From Leptolyngbyaceae cyanobacterium (lineage in GTDB: Bacteria > Cyanobacteriota > Cyanobacteriia > Phormidesmidales > Phormidesmidaceae), in assembly GCA_965263355.1 (NCBI GenBank), contig CBDHHL010000056.1, forward strand, positions 1,760,001 to 1,824,000: DNA of 64,000 nucleotides, read 5' to 3'. Positions within the stretch are counted from its first letter, which is position 1. Each line of letters opens with the position of its first letter. The translations under genes and the position numbers were made by a program. Below, piece by piece: positions 29,345-39,720 of the stretch. Under the pieces are notes generated by a model, which did not search any database, was not told where the DNA came from, and saw only the letters and a list, made by a program, of their open reading frames with translations.

Positions 29345-30100
29345 CTAGAAATCCTCTTGCTCGATTTCCTCAATTACCTGAAGCCCGCGTGAATCACCTA
29401 AATGCAAAATCGCTGCGCGGGCATCATCCCTTACGCCTAAATCCTCATCATCGGCAAAGGTCTCAATCAAGGCATCAATGGCCGTGGCATAAACCACGTT
29501 ATAGGTAAGGTCTTTGCACAGTTCGCCAATGGACCAGGCACAGTTACTCCTCACAATGGCAATGGGGTCATTGCGCATGGTTTTCACTAACGCTGGAATC
29601 GCTTTGAGAATTGCTTCAAAGCTGATTTTTCCCATCTGTCCGAGGGCACTCGCCGCCCAGAGACGTACCACGGACATATCATTTTCAATCGCTTCCACTA
29701 AGGGAACTACCGCCTTTTCATTTTGGCAATTCCCCAACGCCCATACCACCGCCTTACGCACATAGCCATGGGAATCGCTAGTAAGCTGATTGATTAAAGC
29801 ATCTACGGCTGTTTCACTCGGGTTACGCCCAAGGGCATAGGCTGCATTTACTCGTACCAGCGGACTGTAATCATCCAATAGTTCGATTAGCCTGGGAATG
29901 GCGCGGGGTTCCTGAATTTTATAAAACGCTCGAGCTGCTAACATCCGTTGCTGCAAAATCTCTGAATATAACAGGGGCAGCATTTGGTCGGGATTGTAGC
30001 GAGGGGAATGATCCTCTAAGGGAATTGCATCTAAAGGATCAATAGGAGCATCCACCCCTATCTCAGCTTCTAAAACCTCAAGCGCCTCAAAATCATCCAT
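29345..30100 (-). CDS. HEAT/PBS-lyase repeat protein
   Basis: Repeated L...L.D....VR..AA.ALG units. Confidence 0.88.
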   Translation of the reverse strand: MDDFEALEVLEAEIGVDAPIDPLDAIPLEDHSPRYNPDQMLPLLYSEILQQRMLAARAFYKIQEPRAIPRLIELLDDYSPLVRVNAAYALGRNPSETAVDALINQLTSDSHGYVRKAVVWALGNCQNEKAVVPLVEAIENDMSVVRLWAASALGQMGKISFEAILKAIPALVKTMRNDPIAIVRSNCAWSIGELCKDLTYNVVYATAIDALIETFADDEDLGVRDDARAAILHLGDSRGLQVIEEIEQEDF

Positions 30101-30145
30101 GGATTGAACTCGGTGAATTCAGACCGTAGGTCCAGAGAATAAAAG

Positions 30146-30177
30146 CTGGGTAATGGCCCCAAAAAACCATTACCCAG
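30146..30177 (-). terminator. Hairpin downstream of hemL
   Basis: CTGGGTAATGG...CCATTACCCAG followed by a T-run on the minus strand. Confidence 0.6.
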
Positions 30178-30211
30178 AATGTACCTATTGCAGATTTAGC
30201 TAAACAATCTA

Positions 30212-31513
30212 CTAGATAGAAGACAACACTGTACGAGCTGCCGCCAAAGTATTGGCAATGTCGTCATCCGTATGGGCTAAGGAGGTAAAGCCAGCCTCAA
30301 ACTGGGATGGTGCCAAGTACACACCTTGCTCTAACATGCCACGATGGAAACGACTGAATTTTTCCAAGTCCGACTGCTTGGCATCATCATAGTTATGGAC
30401 GGGGCCTGCGGTGAAGAACATTCCGAACATGGCGCTGACGTTTCCACCAAAGACATCATGGCCATTTTCACGGGCGATTTCCAATAACCCAGTAATCAGT
30501 GTGTTGGTTTTTTCTTCCAACTGTTCATAGGTACCGGGACGGCCCAGAATCTCTAGGGTCTTGATACCAGCCGTCATGGCTAGGGGATTACCCGATAAAG
30601 TGCCGGCCTGGTAAACAGGACCAGCAGGCGCAACCATTTCCATGATGTCGCGACGACCACCGTAAGCACCCACAGGCAAACCGCCACCGATAATTTTACC
30701 GAGGGTAGTGAGATCAGGGGTAACGCCAAGCTTTTCTTGTACACCACCGTAGGCGATGCGAAAACCAGTCATGACTTCATCAAAGACAAGTAAGGCATCA
30801 TGGTCCCGAGTGATTTCCCGTAGGCCCTCTAAGAAACCTGCATCTGGAGTAACAAAGCCAGAGTTACCAACGATGGGTTCTAGAATTACACCAGAAATTT
30901 CGCCAGGGTGCTGAGCAAAGAGGGCTTTGACAGCTTCTAAATCATTGTAGGGCGCAGTCAATGTGGTTGCAGTGGTGCTTTTGGGCACACCAGGGGAATC
31001 AGGTAACCCCAAGGTAGCTACACCGGAGCCGGCCTTAACCAGAAACATGTCGGCATGGCCGTGATAGCAACCTTCAAATTTGATCACCTTGTCACGCCCA
31101 GTGAATGCCCGCATTAGGCGCAAAACGGCCATACAAGCCTCAGTACCTGAGTTAACAAAACGAACCATCTCAATGCTGGGAACGGCAGCAATTACCATCT
31201 CAGCTAAAACATTTTCGAGATAGCAAGGCGCACCAAAACTAGTGCCCTTTTGCAACGTTTCAACTAGAGCCTTATTGACTTCGTCATTGGCATGACCACA
31301 AATAGCCGGTCCCCAAGTACCGACATAGTCGATGTATTCGTTACCGTCAACGTCCCAGATGTGGGAACCCTTAACGCGATCAAAGACAATGGGTTGGCCG
31401 CCAACGGACTTGAAAGCACGCACGGGGGAGCTAACGCCTCCGGGCATTAAGCTTTGGGCAGCCGCGAAAATCTCATCTGATTTTGTTGTTTTCAAAGATG
31501 TGGTGGTAACCAA
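30212..31513 (-). CDS. hemL: Glutamate-1-semialdehyde 2,1-aminomutase
   Basis: [40 protein letters not shown]. Confidence 0.98.
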   Translation of the reverse strand: MVTTTSLKTTKSDEIFAAAQSLMPGGVSSPVRAFKSVGGQPIVFDRVKGSHIWDVDGNEYIDYVGTWGPAICGHANDEVNKALVETLQKGTSFGAPCYLENVLAEMVIAAVPSIEMVRFVNSGTEACMAVLRLMRAFTGRDKVIKFEGCYHGHADMFLVKAGSGVATLGLPDSPGVPKSTTATTLTAPYNDLEAVKALFAQHPGEISGVILEPIVGNSGFVTPDAGFLEGLREITRDHDALLVFDEVMTGFRIAYGGVQEKLGVTPDLTTLGKIIGGGLPVGAYGGRRDIMEMVAPAGPVYQAGTLSGNPLAMTAGIKTLEILGRPGTYEQLEEKTNTLITGLLEIARENGHDVFGGNVSAMFGMFFTAGPVHNYDDAKQSDLEKFSRFHRGMLEQGVYLAPSQFEAGFTSLAHTDDDIANTLAAARTVLSSI

Positions 31514-31823
31514 CGGGCTCTCCTTATGGTTAAAAGTCGTGTGTCGAAGGGATAAAATTGACAGCCTTGATGACTGCCGTTATGAAAGGACGCTAATGCA
31601 ATATCGGCATTCATCCCAGTGATGAATCTCTGAACAAAGGACTTAAATTTGTCCCCTAAGAGCAGCATTAACCAACGATTGTGAAGATTGCAGTATTCTC
31701 AATCCTAGCGTTTGTGCTTACCTCGATTGCAATATGTTAAGGAATATAGCAGAGCAGGAACAGCCTTCTAACTGCGACAATAGGGCTGCACTGAGCTGAC
31801 TGGCTACTGGATTAATAGGGATT

Positions 31824-32465
31824 ATGAGTACTTCGCTTTCTTTTGTAGGCGCTATACCCACGGACGCAATTCGCTATAACGACCAGGGACTAGTCCCTGC
31901 GATCGCACAAGACTATCTGGATGGCACCGTACTCATGATGGCCTGGATGAACCAGGAATCTTTGCAAAAAACCCTGGCAACTGGTGACGTGTGGTATTGG
32001 AGCCGTTCTCGCCAGGAGCTATGGCATAAGGGTGCCACCTCAGGGCACCGGCAAAAGCTCAAAGCCATTCGTTACGACTGCGACAGTGATGCCCTGCTGC
32101 TGACCATTGAGCAAGTGGGTGATATTGCCTGTCATACAGGGGAACGTAGCTGTTTTCATCAGGTAGATGGGGAGATTCAACCACCGGCAGCAGATACCTT
32201 GTCTCAGGTGTATAGGGTAATTTGCGATCGCAAAGCCAACCCCAAACCTGACTCTTATACCAATAAATTGTTTGCAGGCGGTGACAATAAAATTCTCAAA
32301 AAAATTGGTGAAGAATCTGCCGAAGTGGTGATGGCCTGCAAAGATGATGTCCCTGATGATATCGCTGGGGAAGTAGCCGATTTGTTGTATCACACCTTAG
32401 TTGCCCTGGCGCACCACAACGTGGATATTAAAGACGTTTATCGAAAATTACAATCGCGTCGTTAA
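31824..32465 (+). CDS. hisIE: Bifunctional phosphoribosyl-AMP cyclohydrolase / phosphoribosyl-ATP pyrophosphatase
   Basis: SRSR..LW.KG.TSG, DCD.D, ACHTG..SCF, KKIGEE..E, E.ADL.YH. Confidence 0.97.
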   Translation: MSTSLSFVGAIPTDAIRYNDQGLVPAIAQDYLDGTVLMMAWMNQESLQKTLATGDVWYWSRSRQELWHKGATSGHRQKLKAIRYDCDSDALLLTIEQVGDIACHTGERSCFHQVDGEIQPPAADTLSQVYRVICDRKANPKPDSYTNKLFAGGDNKILKKIGEESAEVVMACKDDVPDDIAGEVADLLYHTLVALAHHNVDIKDVYRKLQSRR

Positions 32466-32470
32466 TCCCG

Positions 32471-32507
32471 TTCCTGTAGGGGCATGCATGCAATGCCCCT
32501 ACAGGAA
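32471..32507. repeat. GTAG-type REP-like palindrome
   Basis: TTCCTGTAGGGGCAT-GCATGCA-ATGCCCCTACAGGAA, 15-bp perfect stem. Confidence 0.75.
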
Positions 32508-32553
32508 ACACAAACCCATGGCAAAATATCAGTACAAATGCCCTATTTTGCCC

Positions 32554-33735
32554 ATGGCCATTAAACCGTCTCAAATTCAGGCAATTCTGCAAAACAAACG
32601 CACCCATTTCGAGACCTTTGAAAAAGGGCAACAATCTAGCCTGGACATGTACCAAATGGCCTGGGAAGGTCTGTGTCAGACATCTACAGAGAAATTAGAT
32701 ACTTGGCTGACACATCAGCATGGCACCATTGGTGCGCGGCCCTTAGAAGCGCTAAGTCCCGACAATCAAGGAATTTGTCGTAGCGGCTTACAGTGGAACA
32801 ATCGTGAGCACAGTCTGCAATGGGTTAATGAGCAACTCAGCGGTGTGACCACATTTGCCGTAGATGGCTCCCAGATTTTTCCCAGCAAAGATCTGTCTCC
32901 TCCCATCGCTCTAGTACAAATTGGTTGGTTTGAAAATCCTCATACATCAACCGCTGAGTACATCAAGGATATTGAGTTAGATGTCATGACTCCAAAGGAT
33001 TTAGAACTGGGGAGTACATCAAAACCGCTAGATCGGTTAGTCAATAAGCATCGGTTTAGGATGGAAATCCGACGGCTGGTGGAGTATATAGAACAGGTTA
33101 GCAATCCTGAACAGTGCCTGGTCTTTTTTGATGGCGCTTTGGTAGCCACATTTGCGGACGCCTATGAAGACGAAGATCGAAAAGACTACGTTGATGCGCT
33201 GATTAACTTACTACAGGCAAGTGAAGAGCATCGTGTACCTTTAGTTGGTTTTGTGGATACCAGTTCTGCCCATGATTTGACGACATTGCTAGAGCATCAT
33301 TCGGCTAGCGTTGCGACCATGCCTAAGGTTACCGATGCGCAACTATTGAATCGGTACATGCAATGGGGTGATTGCACCGCAATTTTCCAGTGCGATCGCA
33401 CTGGAATTCTCGCCGAGTACAAAAATCGCGAGAAAGACTATTCTGACCGCATCATATTTACCTACCTAAAAACCAATCAGGGCTATCCAACCCGTATTGA
33501 AATGCCCCGATGGATACATGAAGCTGGCATTACAAACCTTGTCCTCAACTGGGTTAGAGCCGAGATTATTGTTGGCGGGGGGTATCCCTACGCCATCGAA
33601 ACTGCCGATCAAACAGCTGTATTGCAAGCCAACGACCGCCAAATTTTCTTTCGTATTCTCCAAGACTGGGCTAGCCAAGAAGACCTACAGCTACGCTGGT
33701 CTCGCAAAATGATAAGCAAACTACGACGCCGCTAA
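32554..33735 (+). CDS. NurA family nuclease
   Basis: FAVDGSQI, FFDG.L, GYPY.IE.A...A; ATG at 32554 preferred. Confidence 0.85.
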   Translation: MAIKPSQIQAILQNKRTHFETFEKGQQSSLDMYQMAWEGLCQTSTEKLDTWLTHQHGTIGARPLEALSPDNQGICRSGLQWNNREHSLQWVNEQLSGVTTFAVDGSQIFPSKDLSPPIALVQIGWFENPHTSTAEYIKDIELDVMTPKDLELGSTSKPLDRLVNKHRFRMEIRRLVEYIEQVSNPEQCLVFFDGALVATFADAYEDEDRKDYVDALINLLQASEEHRVPLVGFVDTSSAHDLTTLLEHHSASVATMPKVTDAQLLNRYMQWGDCTAIFQCDRTGILAEYKNREKDYSDRIIFTYLKTNQGYPTRIEMPRWIHEAGITNLVLNWVRAEIIVGGGYPYAIETADQTAVLQANDRQIFFRILQDWASQEDLQLRWSRKMISKLRRR

Positions 33736-34097
33736 AGGTAACAGGATATTACGGATTCTCAGATTAAGTCCTCTATTCTCTCAGATACTCTCACTACATT
33801 TTTAGTCGTAGGGAAACTAAGTATTTTTACTCAAGCTCAACAGACTAATACTTTGCCCTGTAGTTGCCAGACATGAACTTATCCATAGAGTGACTCTATG
33901 GATAATTAGAAAAGCATTGATTTTTGTTTTTTTTAATTGAGTTTCAGTAAGTTTTTTTCTGGCAGGTTCCTCCATATTTTTAGGATTAGTATCTGAAGGG
34001 GACGAGAACTCCCTATATAACTGCACTTTGGGTGGTCTCCACGGCTACCCTGCAGTTTTTCCCTGGTACCGCCCTAGCAAAAAAGGATCTGATTTCG

Positions 34098-34838
34098 ATG
34101 AATTTGCCTTTATTAAGCTATCCTAGCAGTTGCCAAAACCAGCGCGTGAGCGGGTTTGAGGTTCCTGGAGATGAACAACCTCGTATCTTTTCCACGGCAC
34201 TACTCCCCGATGCCCAGGAAGTTGAAATGCTTATTTTGGTTGCCTATCGCCGCATTTTTAATGAGCAGCAACTGTTATCATGTCATCGCGATCGCCCTTT
34301 AGAATCCCAGCTACGTAGCTCCCAGATATCCGTACGGGAGTTCATTCGTGGCTTATTACTCTCAGAATCGTTTAGACGCCTCAATTACGAATGCAGCAAT
34401 AACTATCGCTTTGTCGATATGTGTGTCCAACGGGTGTTGGGCCGTCAGGTTTACGATCGGCGTGAAACCTTGGCCTGGTCAATTGTTCTAGCAACTGAGG
34501 GGATCCAAGGGTTTGTCAATGCATTGCTTAACAGCGATGAGTACATGGACAACTTTGGTGAGGATACAGTGCCCTATCAACGGCGACGTATTCTTCCTCA
34601 GCAAAGTATGGGTGAACTTCCCTTTGAGCGGATGCCTCGCTATGGTGAAGACCATTTGGCAAAGCTGACAGCGTTGGGAAATGACTTCTCGGCTACTGGT
34701 GATGCCCTGCTTGGCGACGGTCTTCCTCCAGAAGGACTCCAAAAAGTTGGCGCTGTGCTCACAGTAGCAGGTGCTGTAGTCCTGACCAGTGGTGTTTTGG
34801 CTGTTATTCTATCCTGGTTTGGCTGGATCAAGATTTAA
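34098..34838 (+). CDS. cpcL: Phycobilisome rod linker CpcG family with hydrophobic C-tail (CpcL type)
   Basis: M.LPLL.Y..S.QNQRV.GFEV, LESQLR, NYRFV, FG...VPYQRRR linker domain plus C-terminal TM helix VGAVLTVAGAVVLTSGVLAVILSWFGWI. Confidence 0.88.
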   Translation: MNLPLLSYPSSCQNQRVSGFEVPGDEQPRIFSTALLPDAQEVEMLILVAYRRIFNEQQLLSCHRDRPLESQLRSSQISVREFIRGLLLSESFRRLNYECSNNYRFVDMCVQRVLGRQVYDRRETLAWSIVLATEGIQGFVNALLNSDEYMDNFGEDTVPYQRRRILPQQSMGELPFERMPRYGEDHLAKLTALGNDFSATGDALLGDGLPPEGLQKVGAVLTVAGAVVLTSGVLAVILSWFGWIKI

Positions 34839-34850
34839 CTAATAACTTTA

Positions 34851-34884
34851 CTTAATGCTGGGAGCTATAGTTCTCAGCATTAAG
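34851..34884. terminator. Hairpin after cpcL
   Basis: CTTAATGCTGGGAGC-TATA-GTTCTCAGCATTAAG. Confidence 0.6.
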
Positions 34885-34990
34885 AGAATTTTGGCTCAAG
34901 CTCCATTAATGGCGGTAAGAAATTTAGTTAAGTTGCATCAAGTCTTTTTCTAATAAGGTGTGGGGGTTCGGCAAATTGACAGCCATCGCA

Positions 34991-36832
34991 TTACTCCCAT
35001 TCATTAAATGTAGGGGGAGCCTGCCGCTGTCTAGCCCGACGGGTATCTTGCCAGGCACTGCCAATGCCTTGCAAAATGCCTCGCCCCACTAAGCCAATGC
35101 CTCGACCTACAACCTCGGTGAGGACATAAACTACACCACTACCTACCAAGGCAATTAACGCTCGTACCCTGGGACTCAAGGCATCGCGAGTTTCAAGCAA
35201 CAAGGTCATAGCCCAGGGTAACCCTGAGAGTTGCTCTAATTCCGCCCGACGCGGTGCATAAATGGGTGTGAGCATCAGACCTCGTGGCCCTAAAGTATAT
35301 AAACGATATTGGCTCTCAAAGATAGCCGTTGGTTCGTTGACTAACCGATTCCAGCGATAGCGCCAGGAAAGGTCATTGCGAAACCGTTCAATATCCCGAG
35401 TGGAAATAATTCGACGACTGTACAAACCCTTTTTGATCACTTCTACGTCTGCTAAGCGGTTTAACAAGGGTTGCATCACTGCATTCCCCATCTGAATCAA
35501 TAGGTTTTCTAGCAATTTTTCACTATGGGTTAGGGCCTCAGGTGCTGTGGCAATATAACTGTTCCCACCAACTACCAGGGCATCTTGAAATAACCAATGG
35601 GCCAGTAATTCTGGTACCAGGGGAATGTGTTGAAGGATTTCCTGCTCAACGGTTTCTTTTTCTTGGTACAACACGGCCACGAGTTCTTGCTCCACACCAT
35701 TCAATGGCACGGTGTAATAACGACCAAAGAACTCTTCTATGGTCGCCACCCAAAGATCACGCAAAATCTGGGGGTATTTGTTATTTAGCTGCCCTGGCTG
35801 GAGGGCAGACTGGCGCAGATCGTCCAACAAATCTTCAAAGCGACGAAGAATGATAAAAAGGAGTTCCCGCTTTTTATCGAGACGCAGGATGTCAATTTCT
35901 AGCGGTTCTGATGTGGTGTTCTCTAAGGCAGTTTGAAGCTTGGCAAAAACGGCTTCGAACACCATATTTTGAACATCACCGCTGCGCAAACTAAGCATAT
36001 TGGGCTCGGGTATGGTGATGGCAGCAGCAGCACCGACAGATCTAGGACGAACCGACAATCCGGGGGCAGTACTAGCAGGCTTAGAGCGCCTGCTATTTTT
36101 TTTCACCCAGCTAACATCTGAATAGTTACGAGTAGCCCATAGCTGCTGTGTTAACCAACGAGCCGCTTTGAGTTCACGCATTTTGCCGGTTAAAACTTGT
36201 TGTTCAAGCCATGGTAACTGGGAACGGCGTAGCTCAGCCGCTGTTTTGGCTAGCTGCTGCTCAATTTGTCCTACCCCCGACAAGCGCATGCTTAGACGCA
36301 TCGCCGTTAGCGGTCCAGGAATCCGAGGTGATGATTTTTGACCGCGTTCAAGGGGCTTGCTTGTGCTTCGGGCGACTGTGCGAATTAACTGAGCGAGTTC
36401 TCGCACTGGCATACTGCGAGTACCATAGCCATCGGCTCCAACCTGACGGGCTGCAGCTTCTAAAACGGGCTCATCGCGAGCACTCAGCACCAAGACAGAT
36501 AACTTAGGGAACTCGGTTTTAATCGATTTACAAAGCTGTAATCCTGAACTACTGATGGGATTACTACTGGCATCGTTAGCGCCTAACCCCAAATCAACAA
36601 TCACCAGATTAATAGGACGCTGTCCACGCAGGGTCGGATCAGTAAAGGCACCTGATTGGGCGCGATCGCACTTCCTTAAAATCCCCATCGCATCAGCCGC
36701 ATTGGCCGCCTCAGCCGCAATTTGAAACCCTGGCAATTGTTCTAACCATACCCGCAACCCTAACCGAAAAGTGGGGTCTTCATCCACCAACATCAATTGC
36801 AAGGGAGGTTCACTCATGCCGCCTGATTCCAT
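34991..36832 (-). CDS. ycf55: Ycf55-like protein (receiver-like domain + DUF3685)
   Basis: N-terminal LMLVDED..FRLGL receiver fold; C-terminal STR.IERFRN.LSW..R, E.RDA.SPR, IGLVGRGI.QG.G. Confidence 0.82.
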   Translation of the reverse strand: MESGGMSEPPLQLMLVDEDPTFRLGLRVWLEQLPGFQIAAEAANAADAMGILRKCDRAQSGAFTDPTLRGQRPINLVIVDLGLGANDASSNPISSSGLQLCKSIKTEFPKLSVLVLSARDEPVLEAAARQVGADGYGTRSMPVRELAQLIRTVARSTSKPLERGQKSSPRIPGPLTAMRLSMRLSGVGQIEQQLAKTAAELRRSQLPWLEQQVLTGKMRELKAARWLTQQLWATRNYSDVSWVKKNSRRSKPASTAPGLSVRPRSVGAAAAITIPEPNMLSLRSGDVQNMVFEAVFAKLQTALENTTSEPLEIDILRLDKKRELLFIILRRFEDLLDDLRQSALQPGQLNNKYPQILRDLWVATIEEFFGRYYTVPLNGVEQELVAVLYQEKETVEQEILQHIPLVPELLAHWLFQDALVVGGNSYIATAPEALTHSEKLLENLLIQMGNAVMQPLLNRLADVEVIKKGLYSRRIISTRDIERFRNDLSWRYRWNRLVNEPTAIFESQYRLYTLGPRGLMLTPIYAPRRAELEQLSGLPWAMTLLLETRDALSPRVRALIALVGSGVVYVLTEVVGRGIGLVGRGILQGIGSAWQDTRRARQRQAPPTFNEWE

Positions 36833-36902
36833 GACACCGTTCTAGTATCTCCCACTACCTAACTTTTGCGGTGTTGGCAACTGACCGGAAAACTAACTTG
36901 AG

Positions 36903-38762
36903 CTAGTCATGATCGTGATGGTGGTCGTCATAATCGTCTTCGTAGTCGTCCTCGTAGTCGTCTTCGTAGTAATCGTCCTCCGCTGGTGCTTGCAACGATT
37001 CGATATAGGCTCGCTCAGCATCCCAAATCGCGATGGAATTACGGGCTTCTTGGTAAAGAGCCCGACCAGGGGCAATGCGGGCAGCTACTGCGATCGCATC
37101 TGATAGACGTCCCTGGTACGCCAATTCCTCAGCTTCGTTCAAAATTGGTCGATCTTCTGCTACCTGAATGCGAGTAGTCCACTCCTTGATTGAATTTTGC
37201 GCCTGACTATACAGTGCTCGTCCCTGTTGAATTTTTCGAGCTTCCGTAATCGCATTTTGCAGCTTGCCCTTACTCGCTAAATCCAGAGCCTTACTGTAAA
37301 GAGGTTGATCCTCCAAAACCTGGATTTGCTTGGTCCACTGCGCAATCTTTGTTTGGGCCTCTACCCGCAAAGCCCGACCCTGCTGAACTTTTCCAGCTTC
37401 TTTAATCGCTGCCTGCAAACTAGCTTTATCCCCTTTATCAGCCAACTGTTGAGCCCGCCCTAATAGCGGTCGATCTTCAATTCGCTGAATTTCTTTAGAC
37501 CAGTGGGCCATCAACGTTTGAGCCTGCTGACGCTGAGGTCGATCAGCGCCAACCACCTTTGCCTGCTCGATAGCAACCTTTAAGGCCCCCTTTTGATTGA
37601 GATGAGCCATCAGGGTCGCTCCATAAAGCTGCTGTAAATCCTCCAGCTGCTTGTTCCATAAGGCTAACGCTGTCTGAGCCTCTTGATAAAACAGGCTATC
37701 GCTATCAAGATTCTGCAATGCTTGAATCGCATCTATCAAATTAATGATGTCGCCATAGCTAGGCTCCCAGTCTTGCTGAAATCTTGCTAGCCGCTGAGCA
37801 TGGGCAAATCGAACTAAATCTTTCGTTTCTGGCTGAGTTGCTAACTCTGCTGGGACTTTTTGAATAATTTCGATCGTGCCATCTAGACCTTCTTGTTCCC
37901 ACTTTTGGAACCCATACTTCAATAGGGTATCGGCCCAGTCTGAGATTAAGGGTTTTGCCTCAGGCCAAGCATGGCTTTGCACATCAATCTGACGAATCAA
38001 GGTGAGTGCCTCTGCCAAGCTTTCTAGCTTGTTCTCACTGGCAAGTTTTTTGGCATTGATCAGATTTCGACGAGCATCTTCTTCGGTTTGAATATGTTGT
38101 CCTAGATAGCGATGCCGATCTTTCAGCCAATAGTCACTAGTTAAACGTTTAATCGCCCGTAGTTGCTTGCGAGCACCACTCCAATTTTGATTAGCAACCG
38201 CGTCTGTAACTGCAGTCGTAATCTCTTGGCCCTTGACCCACTCTTGCTGCCATCGTTCCGCAGCAACTTTGGACTCTTCATATATCTCTGCCCGTTGTGG
38301 AATATAGCCCAAAAGCTGGGTTGCTCGCCCTAAGTTCCCTGCCTGCATACGTTGTTGGGCTAGCTTAAACAGGCCTTTGGACCATCGATTGGCAACTTCC
38401 TGGGAGTCCTGATATAGGGGATGGGTGTCATCCCAAGCAGCAACTAGCTGTACCCCTGCCACTAGGTCCTGCTCAGCCCCTGATACTGCTGATTGTCTAG
38501 CACAGTAAAGTCGTTCGCTATCGGCACTAAACACTGATATGCGATCGCAGTTAGGTAAAGGAGGAAGCCGCGTAATAAAGGCAATGGCCCATACTCCCAA
38601 GGCGCTGGATGTAGCGAGTAGCAGTAACCATATTCCTGACCATAACCAGGCTTGTCGACCTTTGGATGGCCGTTTCTTAACCTTAGATAGAGCAGCCATC
38701 TCCTGCTCAGCCCCCGCAGAAGCTGGACTAAATTGTTTTGGATCAGTCGGCGTGGCAGTCAT
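36903..38762 (-). CDS. Conserved cyanobacterial membrane-anchored alpha-helical repeat protein
   Basis: One TM, PP..NC...S.SERLYCA, repeated ED.P.L..A..LA..G....AI..A..I..GRALY.EA units; acidic/His tail. Confidence 0.8.
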   Translation of the reverse strand: MTATPTDPKQFSPASAGAEQEMAALSKVKKRPSKGRQAWLWSGIWLLLLATSSALGVWAIAFITRLPPLPNCDRISVFSADSERLYCARQSAVSGAEQDLVAGVQLVAAWDDTHPLYQDSQEVANRWSKGLFKLAQQRMQAGNLGRATQLLGYIPQRAEIYEESKVAAERWQQEWVKGQEITTAVTDAVANQNWSGARKQLRAIKRLTSDYWLKDRHRYLGQHIQTEEDARRNLINAKKLASENKLESLAEALTLIRQIDVQSHAWPEAKPLISDWADTLLKYGFQKWEQEGLDGTIEIIQKVPAELATQPETKDLVRFAHAQRLARFQQDWEPSYGDIINLIDAIQALQNLDSDSLFYQEAQTALALWNKQLEDLQQLYGATLMAHLNQKGALKVAIEQAKVVGADRPQRQQAQTLMAHWSKEIQRIEDRPLLGRAQQLADKGDKASLQAAIKEAGKVQQGRALRVEAQTKIAQWTKQIQVLEDQPLYSKALDLASKGKLQNAITEARKIQQGRALYSQAQNSIKEWTTRIQVAEDRPILNEAEELAYQGRLSDAIAVAARIAPGRALYQEARNSIAIWDAERAYIESLQAPAEDDYYEDDYEDDYEDDYDDHHHDHD

Positions 38763-39092
38763 CAGCAGCAGCGTCCCAGAAGGTTGAGGCCATTAGCGAG
38801 CAAGTCTCCCCAACAAAGTCGGAGAATGAGCAATGCGAAAACAAGAATGTCCACATTGGGCCTGACTGTTTTAACGTGAGTCGTCAGGAATGTAAATATC
38901 TCTTTTGGCGTAACTTGCTAAAACCACCCTGAAAAAATGATTGTGGATTGACCTAATTTCGAGGCTACTGTTCCACCAAAGTATTGACTGAGTTAGGACG
39001 GCGCTAGCAACCAAACCAAATTTTTGCTGTCATTGTAGAGGCAATTGACCGAATTACACAGGTTTTCGATAAAAACCTTTGCTTACCCGGAT

Positions 39093-39164
39093 TAAACTTT
39101 GTCCAAGTCCAGAACGGTCATTTTCTGTAGAAGAACATATAGGTTTCAACTTGGACAAGGTTTA
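39093..39164 (-). mobile_element. MITE-like element, copy 1 (72 bp)
   Basis: 16-bp terminal inverted repeats with one mismatch (TAAACYTTGTCCAAGT); homologous to 45830-45902. Confidence 0.7.
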
Positions 39165-39339
39165 GATAACCCTCAAAATAAGTTGGCCCGCTAAACCATG
39201 CCAGACCATTACCTGATTGATATCCTTGAAAGAGTAGCTACATCAGTCAGATATGATCCTTCAAAGAAGTTTCTGACAAATTTCTGACAAAGAAGTTACC
39301 AGGTTTCCAGACCCCCTAAATCCCCAATTCTGGCGGACG

Positions 39340-39663
39340 TTGAGGCTTATTTCCTCGATTTGCATGATGCAGACCCAAACTCAGACCACAGCAGCCTCTG
39401 CAGTTCATTACCCTGATGCTGACGGCAAACCAATGGCTGACAATACAAAGCAGTACCGCTGGATTGTGCGGCTGGGGTCCAATTTGCGGCAGTTACTTAA
39501 GGAAGAGACTGCTTTTATTGCCCCCAGTAATGCCGCTACGGAAATTTCACAAAAGCAAGCATTTTATGACCGCTATGGTGTTATTGAAGATATCTACGCT
39601 CTGTTTCAACGCTCACAAGAAGAAGCAGATCGACGTGCTGTGAAAGCCATAGCCATGGTTTAG
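39340..39663 (+). pseudogene. Internally deleted Uma2 family gene
   Basis: YPD.DGKPMADNT.QYRWI N-terminus and PSN.....K..FYDRYGV are present; the PD..V / EILS core and the EYY.YDP region are missing. Confidence 0.75.
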
Positions 39664-39720
39664 CATGAAGGCAAGCAATTCTTCCCATGGTGTAACGGCT
39701 ACCTACTGGCGATACTCAAA

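Noticed and set aside
31514..31823. Possible riboswitch or leader RNA upstream of hemL
   Set aside because: No cobalamin-box or other riboswitch consensus could be identified by eye
32401..32553. N-terminal extension of the NurA ORF
   Set aside because: Overlaps hisIE and reads through the palindrome; ATG at 32554 is more plausible
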